Positions 31,500 to 43,148 of a stretch of 64,000 nucleotides of DNA are shown here, piece by piece. Position 1 is the first letter of the stretch. Each line of letters opens with the position of its first letter. Both the position numbers and the translations under genes were made by a program. Under the pieces are notes generated by a model. It searched no databases. It was not told the DNA's origin and was given only the letters and a program-made list of their open reading frames with translations. Source of the DNA: an uncultured delta proteobacterium (GTDB lineage Bacteria; Myxococcota_A; Polyangia; Fen-1088); the NCBI GenBank assembly GCA_963767925.1, contig CAVYGB010000010.1, forward strand, positions 1,184,001 through 1,248,000, read 5' to 3'.

Positions 31500-31725
31500 C
31501 TGATTCGACCCGTGAGCCACTCCGCCGGCAGCTCTTGCTGCTTTGTCCGTCAGCGAGCCTCAGAAAAACCGACTCCTGTTCACCCACATCCGCCACACCT
31601 CGAGGCCATTCAGCACCAAGAACACTATGACCGCGTGGCCGATGCGCTTGTTCCCATCGACGAAGGGGTGGTTCATCACCAACGAATAGGCGAGAGCCGC
31701 GGCCTTGGTCTCGAGGGTGGGCAAA
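31500..31725 (-). pseudogene. Fic/Doc (death-on-curing) toxin fragment
   Basis: PTLETKAAALAYSLVMNHPFVDGNKRIGH carries the Fic HPFxDGNKR motif; N-terminus missing; continues after a frameshift as DVGEQESVFLRLADG. Boundaries approximate. Confidence 0.75.
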
Positions 31726-32042
31726 TGGGTGCTTGGGCTGGGCGCGCTGGCGCTGTTCACGATCCAGTCGACGGCGGCCTCCGCGGCCGGAACGCGGGTC
31801 ACGGGGGCGAGCTGTCAGGCCGAGGAGCCCTCGGCGGCGGCGAGCCTGCAGCGGCGCTTTGGCGAGGTGAAGAACATCTCCAGCTCCAACCGGACGGTCA
31901 CCCTGCGACATCCCGGTCACCACCGAGGCCTCCTGCGTGGCGAACGTGTCGCTGACCTACAGCTCCCCGGTGGCCATGTTCTGCAACCCCTTCGCCACCG
32001 ACCACTTCGGCAACCAGGTCTTCGGGCCGGGGCAGAACTTCG
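31722..32042 (+). pseudogene. fragment of a secreted Cys-containing protein
   Basis: Signal-like KWVLGLGALALFTIQSTAASA then TGASCQA...NRTVT; after a +1 shift near 31903 it reads CDIPVTTEASCVANVSLTYSSPVAMFCN. Truncated at both ends. Confidence 0.45.
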
Positions 32043-32112
32043 TTGGTGCCGTCGAAGACGATCACGTGGGTGACGCCGGATCGTTCCAGCACGTCCCGGT
32101 CCAGGCGCGAGG
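32037..32112 (-). pseudogene. short SGNH/GDSL hydrolase fragment
   Basis: Minus strand reads PSRLDRDVLERSGVTHVIVFDGTNE, resembling the RxDRDVL...V..VIVxxGxND block of SGNH hydrolases. Confidence 0.5.
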
Positions 32113-32134
32113 GACGCGGCTTTTCGCAGCGCGG

Positions 32135-33502
<1,368 letters not shown>

Positions 33503-33557
33503 CGCCCAAGCATAGATCGGGGCCCCGATCGGCGTGGGATACTCCCGATGAGCAGAG

Positions 33558-34283
33558 ATGCCCGACCCCCGACGCACCGCCGCCCCCGAGGGGGCCCCCG
33601 CGCCGAGCCAGCCGGAGCCGCTGCTTCACCTCGATCTGCCGCACGGACGCTGTATCGGGGTGCCGGTGCCCGCGGGGGAGCCGGACGCGGCCCTGCTGGC
33701 CCGGCTCGATCCCGAGGAGGTGGCCTTCCTCGCGGGCCTGCCCGAGGGGCGGCGGGCGACCTTCGCCGCGGGGCGGGCGGCCCTGCGGGCTGCGCTCGGC
33801 GATCTCGGCCTGCCGCTCGGGCCGCTGCTTCCCGACGGACGGGGTGGGCCCCGGCTGCCGGCGGGGGTGCTGGGATCGATCAGCCACAAGCGCCGGCTGG
33901 CGGTGGCCCTGGCCGCGGCGGCGCCGCCGGGCCGGTGCGCGCTGGGGATCGATCTCGAGGAGGCGCGCCCCTTCCGGATCGACATCTCCCGCCGGGTGCT
34001 CACCCCGGACGAGCTCGCCACCGTCGCTGCCCTGCCGGAGGGTGAACGCACCCTCGCCGTGCTGGCCCGCTTCTGCTTGAAAGAGGCGTTCTACAAGGCG
34101 GCCAACGCCTTCGTCGGCCGCACCATCTCCTTCCAGGAGGTGGCGGTGGCCGCCATCGACCGCGACGGCCGGGCCACCTTCGCCGGCCCGCTCCTGGCCC
34201 GCGGCGGGCTGACCGCCGAGGGCTGGGTGGGACAGCCCCTGGCGGGTTATCTCCTGGCGACGGCTACTGCGAGACCTTCATGA
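33558..34283 (+). CDS. 4'-phosphopantetheinyl transferase (EntD-like)
   Basis: RRATFAAGRAALR, GSISHK, LGIDLE, FCLKEAFYKA. Confidence 0.9.
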   Translation: MPDPRRTAAPEGAPAPSQPEPLLHLDLPHGRCIGVPVPAGEPDAALLARLDPEEVAFLAGLPEGRRATFAAGRAALRAALGDLGLPLGPLLPDGRGGPRLPAGVLGSISHKRRLAVALAAAAPPGRCALGIDLEEARPFRIDISRRVLTPDELATVAALPEGERTLAVLARFCLKEAFYKAANAFVGRTISFQEVAVAAIDRDGRATFAGPLLARGGLTAEGWVGQPLAGYLLATATARPS

Positions 34284-34728
34284 GCATCGCCGACTGCGTG
34301 TAGTTGCAGTTGACGTTGCCCGTGGGGAAGGCGATCTGGAGGGTGGCCGAGCCGCTCTCGGTGGCGACCAGGCCATTGACCGTAAAGGTGTAGGCGGTCA
34401 GCTTCATGGTGGCGGTGTTGCCGTCGATCACCTGGCTGCACTCCTGGGGAATGCGGGCGGTGGCGGTGCTGCCGTTCACGTCCATGGCGATGGTGCAGGA
34501 ATCGTCGACGGAGACCAGCGGCGCGGCGACCCCTTTCATGATGTTGACCGTCCCCGAGACCTGGTCGGTGTTGGAGGTTCCCCCGCAGTTGGTGGTGGAG
34601 GTGCCCGAGGTGTACCTCCAGGCGCCCACGAACGCCCCGGTCGTGTCCTCGTCGCCGCCACAGCCCACGAGGCCGGTCACCGCCAGCGCCGTCAACAGAA
34701 CCAGGCCCCGCTTACCAAGAGCTTTCAT
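34264..34728 (-). CDS. hypothetical lipoprotein (beta-rich)
   Basis: AGGAGG upstream; lipobox LVG-C; FVGAW motif; four further Cys; overlaps the PPTase 3' end by 20 nt. Confidence 0.8.
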   Translation of the reverse strand: MKALGKRGLVLLTALAVTGLVGCGGDEDTTGAFVGAWRYTSGTSTTNCGGTSNTDQVSGTVNIMKGVAAPLVSVDDSCTIAMDVNGSTATARIPQECSQVIDGNTATMKLTAYTFTVNGLVATESGSATLQIAFPTGNVNCNYTQSAMLMKVSQ

Positions 34729-34968
34729 CCCATCCCCTCCTGCTTATTTGCCAGCCGCGCCGTTCCTGGCGCGCATCGTTGTCTGATCGTCGGTTGTGGA
34801 ATTTTCCGTAGCCGTTTTGACCGGCGTCTCGTCGCCCCCGGCTTTCTCGGGGGATGGTGTGGGGCGAGCGCGGGTGGTGTGCTCGAACAAGTTCGCCAGC
34901 AGGGGCAGGAACGCCCCCGAGGAGAAGGCGATGAGGAAGACCTGACCGCCGTGAAGGCGGCCCGGCGC

Positions 34969-36326
<1,358 letters not shown>

Positions 36327-36330
<4 letters not shown>

Positions 36331-37643
36331 CGGCGTCCGCCACCCCGGGCGCCCATCCCCGGCCGCGCCAGCCTCCCGCCGAGCGACCGGCCGAGCGCGC
36401 CGTCGAGCGCACCGTCGAGCGACCGGGCGCCCGCTCCGTCACGCGACCTGCCCCGCAAGCTGTCACGCGATCTGGCGCGATCGACCGCGCCAGACAGGGC
36501 GGCAGGGCCGAACCCGACTGCCGCCGTCCCCCCCTGCACGCAGGTGGGCTCGTAGGGGGGGAACTTGCACGTGCCGCTCACACAGCGCGCAGGCGACAGG
36601 CACTGGGGCCCGTTCTCGTCGTCGCAGTTTCCGTTTTCGCCCGAGGGCGGCAGGCAGGCCCCCGTGTTCAGGCAGAAGCCGCTGGCCGTGCAGGCGGTGG
36701 CGGTGCCGTCCTGGCCGATGCCGCAGGTGGTGCCGGCCCGGTAGCTGACACACGTGTTGGTGTTGGTGTTGCAGATCGCGCCCTTGGTCTCGTCGCAGTC
36801 GGCTCGGTCGAAGCAGAGCCCGCCCGCCTCGCCCTTGTGGCTGCAGGAGCCGCTGTAGCAATAGAGGGTCTGGCGACAGGGCTTGTTGTCGTCGCAGTCG
36901 GCGCCCAGCTCGCCCGGCGCGGCGCAGATCCCGCTCGGCGAGCAGAGCAGGCCCCGGCGGCAAAAGACCCCCTGGTAACAGGAGGCGCCGGCGGCGGGCA
37001 GGATCTGGCAGGTGCCGCACACGCCGCTCGGCATGGCCACGTCGCAGAAGCCCGACTGGCACTGGTCGCCGCCGGTGCAGCGGGCGCCGGCGGCGTAGTC
37101 GCCGGCGGCCTGGCAGGCGGCGGGGATGCGGTCGTCGAAGAAGTCCTCGCAGCTCAGGGCGCCCATGGCCGCCACGCAGGGGGCCACGGGGCGCTTGGGG
37201 AAGTTGGCACCCGGCAGGTCGACGTAGCGGCAGAGCAGGCGCAGGCGCTGCTTGGCCATGGCCTCCGAGCCGTACACGACCTGCAGGAGCACCGGCGCGC
37301 AGCGGGCCATCACGGCCGCGCTGGCGTCGGCGTAGGCCGCGCAGGCCTGGGCCTTGGTCTGCATCCCGCCGGTGCCGCCGGTGCCGCCGGTCCCGCCGCC
37401 CCCGGTCCCGCCCGCGCCCCCGGTGCTGCCGCCGGCCCCCCCGGCTCCGCCCGCGCCCCCGGTGCCGGCCCCGTCACCGGTGCCGTCGCTGGAGCTGCCG
37501 TCGGCGCCGCTGCTGCCGCCGGGTCCCCCTCCGCCGGTGCCGGTCGGGTTCACGCCGACCGCGCGGAGCTTGTCCGCGTCGGGAAAGCAGGCCAGCGCCC
37601 CGACCGCCACGACCAGCCACCCCGGCGCCCGCGCAGGGCCCAT
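36327..37643 (-). CDS. Cys-rich lipoprotein with Gly/Thr linker
   Basis: Signal ending ALA-C; GGTGG repeats; multiple GxxC...C...C modules (GARCTGGDQCQSGFC, GADCDDNKPC). Confidence 0.8.
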
Positions 37644-37644
37644 G

Positions 37645-38655
37645 TCAGAAGCGCCCTCCCAGCCCGAGGGCCAGCCCGCGGGCCCCGGTCTCCGGGGCGG
37701 GGTTCAGGATCAGCAGCGTGACCCCCGCGGCGCCGGTGACGACCGCGCCCAGCAGCAGGAGCTTCGAGGCGCGGTTGCGCCCCTCGACCGACTTGGCCGC
37801 CTGGTCGGCGCACCAGTAGTTGCCGCGGCAGCTCTTCTCGGCGCTCTTGTACTTCGTCCAGGAGGTCACGAAGAAGGCGCCGCCGCCGACCGCGAGCGCG
37901 CCGGCCACCGCCAGGCCGCCGAACGCCAGGATCCGCCCGAGCGGTCGTTCGCTCCCGGTGGCGAGATCGGTCATCGGCGGGCTGGCCGGGAAGGCGGCCG
38001 GGGGCGGCCCGGCCTGGGCCAGGGGAGAGGTGAGCGGGGGCGGGGCCAGCGGCACTTGCGCGGGCGCGGGCGGCGAAGCGGCCGGCGCGGGCGGGGTGGC
38101 CGCCGGCGGCGGGACGGAGAGCGGCGGCACGACGTTCGCGCCGATGGGCGGCGCCGTCGGACGCGGCGGCGGGCTCAGCGGCGGCAGAGGCGTGGTCCGC
38201 GCCGGCGCGGTCGCGGGCGCGGGCGCGGGCGCGGGCGACTTCGCCGTCGAGGGCGCCGGCGCGGGGGCGCTGCTACCCGGGTTGCGGCGCTTGAGCTCCT
38301 CCAGCTCGCGCACGAAGCCCTGCACCTCCTCGCGCTCGCCCTTGCTGATGTTCTTGGCCCGCAGCAGGTACTCCTCGAAGCTGGCGATGGCCCGGTCGAC
38401 GTCCCGCAGCCGCTGGTAACAGCGCCCGATGTTGCGGAGATACACCGGGTTGTCGGTGTCGGTGTAGAGGCGGGAGAGGATGTCGATCGCCTCGGCGTAT
38501 TGCCCGGCCACGAACAGCCGCTTGGCCTTCTGATCCAGGTCCTCCTCGGCCGGGCGGGCTGGCTCGGTCTGGGCGGCCGCCGCGCTCGCGGCCACCGGTG
38601 CGAGGAGGGACACCAGTAGTGCGATGTGGGCGACGGTGGCACGCGGCCGGGTCAT
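37645..38655 (-). CDS. exported TPR protein with C-terminal membrane segments
   Basis: Signal peptide; AKRLFVAGQYAEAI...LRNIGRCYQRL...AIASFEEYL; Pro-rich linker; two hydrophobic segments; ends GLGGRF. Confidence 0.85.
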   Translation of the reverse strand: MTRPRATVAHIALLVSLLAPVAASAAAAQTEPARPAEEDLDQKAKRLFVAGQYAEAIDILSRLYTDTDNPVYLRNIGRCYQRLRDVDRAIASFEEYLLRAKNISKGEREEVQGFVRELEELKRRNPGSSAPAPAPSTAKSPAPAPAPATAPARTTPLPPLSPPPRPTAPPIGANVVPPLSVPPPAATPPAPAASPPAPAQVPLAPPPLTSPLAQAGPPPAAFPASPPMTDLATGSERPLGRILAFGGLAVAGALAVGGGAFFVTSWTKYKSAEKSCRGNYWCADQAAKSVEGRNRASKLLLLGAVVTGAAGVTLLILNPAPETGARGLALGLGGRF

Positions 38656-38707
38656 CGTCCTCTTCTGTCGGCACTTCGGCCGCTCCGCTTTCGCCCGGAT
38701 GGGCGAT

Positions 38708-39586
38708 TTATGAGGTGCGGGCGGGGGAGACCTGGCTCTGCCAGATCGTGCTGCCGGCGGTGGCGGCCAGGATGACCAGGCCCCCCACCAGGGAGGAGGG
38801 GCCCGGGTTCTCGCCGTGGACCAGCCAGGCCCAGATCGGGTTGAGCGCCGTCTCCAGGAACAGCAGCAACGAGGCCTCCAGCGCCGGCACGTGGGGCATG
38901 GCCGCCGCCAGCAACACGTAGGCCATCCCGATCTGGAACACCCCGAGAAACCCGATGAGGAGCCAGTCGGACAGGGGGTGCGGCCCGAGGGGGAACATCA
39001 TCGGCGCCGCCACGACGAAGGCCAGCAGGTTGCCGAGGACCACCGCCGACATGGCCCCCCCGCCCTGCTTGCCGGTCCAGCGCATCCCCAGGATCAGCAG
39101 CCCGTAGGTCACCCCGCTGCACAGGGCCAGCAGGTTGCCGCGCGCCGGATCGGGGGCGGTGGACGACTGCTGCTGATCGCCGGCCATGAGGACCGCCATG
39201 CCGACCGCCACCGCGCCGATGAAGAGCAGATCGCGCAGCCGGATCCGCTCGTCGAGCAGCAGCGGCCCCAGCAGCAAGACGTAGAGCGGCGCCGTCGACT
39301 GCAGGAAGATGGTGTTGGCCGAGGTGGTCAGCTTGTTGGCCAGCACGAACAGCACCAGGGTGGCGGCGTAGGCCATCGCCACCAGGGTGGTGCGCAGGCG
39401 GGCGCGGGTGTCGGGGCCCAGGCTGCGGGCCCGGGGCAGGAAGATCGCGATGGCCACCGCCGCCACCAGCGAGCGCAGCCCCGCCACCTGCCAGCTCGTG
39501 AAGGTGGCGGCCTTGATGGCGGCGCCGCCGGTGGAAAACAGCAGCGCCGCGCCCAGGATCTGCAGTCGGGGGAGGGCGCCGGACAT
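38708..39586 (-). CDS. EamA/DMT family transporter
   Basis: About 10 TM helices; LFSTGGAAIK, ANTIFLQSTAP, LETALNPIW...GENPG. Confidence 0.92.
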   Translation of the reverse strand: MSGALPRLQILGAALLFSTGGAAIKAATFTSWQVAGLRSLVAAVAIAIFLPRARSLGPDTRARLRTTLVAMAYAATLVLFVLANKLTTSANTIFLQSTAPLYVLLLGPLLLDERIRLRDLLFIGAVAVGMAVLMAGDQQQSSTAPDPARGNLLALCSGVTYGLLILGMRWTGKQGGGAMSAVVLGNLLAFVVAAPMMFPLGPHPLSDWLLIGFLGVFQIGMAYVLLAAAMPHVPALEASLLLFLETALNPIWAWLVHGENPGPSSLVGGLVILAATAGSTIWQSQVSPARTS

Positions 39587-39627
39587 CCCGGGAGGATCAC
39601 CGCCAGGGCCCCCCCTGGCAAGCGCGA

Positions 39628-42173
39628 TCAGGTGCGCGGGGTGGGGCGGGCCTGGCGGGGCAAGATGGCGAAGAAGGTGCTGCCCCGCCCCACCCGGCTC
39701 TCCGCCCCCACGGTCCCGCCCTGCGCCTCGACCAGGCGCTTGGTGAGGGCCAGCCCCAGGCCGGTACCCTTGACGTTGTTCGAGGTGCGGCCGCCGACCT
39801 GCTGGAACTCGGCGAACAGGCGGGACACGTCGTCGGGCTCGATGCCCACGCCGGTGTCCTCCACCTCCAGCCGGAACAGGGCCGGCCCCCCTTCCGGGCG
39901 CGCCCGCACCGCCACCTTGCCCCCCTCGGGAGTGAACTTCAGCGCGTTGGAGGCATAGTTGTAGAGCACCTGCCGCAGGCGGGCCTCGTCGAGGACCACG
40001 TCGGTCAAGCCGGGGTCGATGTGCGACTCCACCTGGATCTTCCGGGCGGCGGCGGTGGCCTCGAGGTTCCCGATGACCTCCCCCACCACCGCCTGCAGGT
40101 CGACCGGCTGGGCGTCGAACTCCAGCTTGCCCGCTTCCACCTTCGCCAGGTCGAGCACGTCGTTGATCAGCTCGAGCAGGTGCTGGCCGCTCGACAGGAT
40201 GTGGCCCAGGAACTCCTGGAACCGCTCCGGCCGCACCTCCCCCCCTTGAGGAGCTGGGTGAAGCCGAGGATGGCGTTGAGCGGGGTGCGCAGCTCGTGCG
40301 ACATGTGGGTGAGGAACCCGCTCTTGGCCCGGTTGGACTCCTCGGCCCGCTCCGCCGCCCGCAGGGCGGTCTCGGTCAGCCGGCGGTTGGCGTCCTCGGC
40401 GGCCTTGCGGGCCAGCAGGTTGCGCACGCGGGCCCGCACCTCCTCGACCGAGAAGGGCTTCATCACGTAGTCGGCGGCGCCCGCCTTCAGCAGCTCGACC
40501 CGCAGCTCGTCGTCGGCCTTGGCCGTGATCAGGACGATGGGGGTGCCGTCGAGCCGGGGCTCCCGCCGGACCGCGCGCACCAGCTCGTCGCCGCCCATCC
40601 GGGGCATCATGAGGTCGGTCAAGATGAGATCCGGGCGCAGGGCCAGGGCCTTGGCCAGCCCGGCCTTGCCGTCGAAGGCGCTGTCGATGCGACAGGAGTC
40701 GGCCAGGCACTCGCCGATGAAGCGGTTCATGTCGCGGTTGTCCTCGACGACGAGCACCAGCGGGCGGTGTGGCTCCTCGCTGTCCTCCACCGTCATCGGC
40801 ACGGCGTAGCGGATGGCGGGGCGCAGCTCGCCCACCACGGTCCGCACCAGATCGGCGTCCTCCTCGGCGGTGGGCCCCGTCCTCCGCACGGCGCTGCCGG
40901 CCGGCGCCTGCAGCGGGATCTCGACGGTGAAGGCAGCCCCACCCTCCTCCGCCTGCCCGATGGCGATGCTGCCCCGATGCAGGTCGACGAAGTCCCGGGC
41001 GATGGCCAGGCCCAGCCCGGTCCCCCCGAAGCGGCGGGTGGTGCCCCCCTCGAGCTGGCGGAAGCGCTCGAACACGGTCTCGCGGTATTCGGGCGGCACC
41101 CCGGGGCCGCTGTCCGCGACCTCCAGGAGGGCCCGCCCGCGGGCAGCGTCGGCCCGCAGCCGGCAGCGGATGCGCCCCCGGTCGGGGGTGAACTTGAAGG
41201 CGTTGGAGAGGAGGTTGAACAGCACCCGCCGGATCTTGCCGACGTCCACCTCCGCGGTCAGCGTCTCGGGGACCACGACCGTGTAGCCGATGGCCGTCTC
41301 CCCGGCCAGCCCCTCGAAGTGCCCGGCCGACAGCCGCACGAGCTGGGCCAGGTCGGTCTCGCTGTACTCCACGTGCATCTTGCGGGCCTCGAGCTTCGAG
41401 GTGTCGAGCAGGTCGTTGACCTGCCGGAGCAGGAGGCGGGCGTTGCGCCCGATCAGCTCGAGATCGGGGCGGTGCAGGTCGTCCCCGCCCGCCCGCAGCA
41501 GCCGATCGACGGGGCCGATGATGAGGGCCAGGGGGGTGCGCAGCTCGTGGCTCAGGTTGGCGAAGAACTGGCTCTTGAGCTGGTCGAGCTCCTTTGTCTT
41601 CTCGTACAGGCGGCCCAGCTCGGCGTTGGCCTCCTTGAGCTGACGGCTCCCCTCCGCCGCCTGGCGGGCGCGCTTGAAGATCTCGTTCTCCATCACTTCG
41701 GCCCGCATCTGCAGGTCGTGGGTGAGCTGCTGCTGCTCGGCGTCGAGCTGCTTGAGGCGGAGGAACTCGGTCACGTCCTCCACCTTGTGGATGATGTAGG
41801 TGAGCTCGCCGGCGGCGCTCAGCACCGGACAGTTGAGCGGGCTCCAGAAGCGCTCCTCGAACCCGCCCCCCTCCGAGTCGGGGCGCCGGATGTCGTACTT
41901 CTGCACCGGCATGGCGTCGGGGACCCGGTCCTGCTTGACCCGCTCGAGCGAGGCCTTCAGGTTGCGGACGCCCGAGGCGCCGGGATCTTCGGGGTTGTCG
42001 GGGAAGACCTCGAACAGCCGGCGGCCCACGATGGCCTCCCGGCGGGTCATCGTCGCCTGGAGATAGGCCTCGCTGACCGCCACGATCTCCAGGTCCGGGG
42101 TCAAGACCAGATAGAGACCGGGGGCCGATTCGAAGAGGGCCCGGAAGTCGGGGGTGCGCGCAAGTTCTGCCAT
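39628..42173 (-). CDS. hybrid sensor kinase PAS-HK-REC-HK, frameshifted near 40240
   Basis: PAS ([15 protein letters not shown]), HK1 [42 protein letters not shown]2 [14 protein letters not shown]. Continues in another frame after a G homopolymer (minus strand) as [18 protein letters not shown]...GTGLGL. Confidence 0.88.
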
Positions 42174-42275
42174 GTCCCGACACAGACCTTCGGCGGGAGC
42201 CGCGTCGAACAAAACCCGGCTCAGGGAGTCACCGGAGACGAGGTGGGCGCAAGGAAAAGATCTGGCCCGACGCCC

Positions 42276-42291
42276 CGGCACGGCTTCTGCA
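42276..42291 (+). promoter_or_regulatory. candidate sigma54 promoter of the phosphatase-glnE operon
   Basis: CGGCACGGCTTCTGCA = GGCACG-N4-CTGCA (GG-N10-GC), about 50 nt before ATG 42344. Confidence 0.55.
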
Positions 42292-42343
42292 TTCCATCTG
42301 CCATTTGATGTTGGCGCAGACCGACGTTACGATGGAGGGCTCG

Positions 42344-43135
<792 letters not shown>

Positions 43136-43148
43136 CAGCCCCAGCGGC

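Noticed and set aside
31560..31802. Functional Doc toxin-antitoxin module
   Set aside because: The N-terminus is missing, the 3' part is frameshifted, and no antitoxin gene is present.
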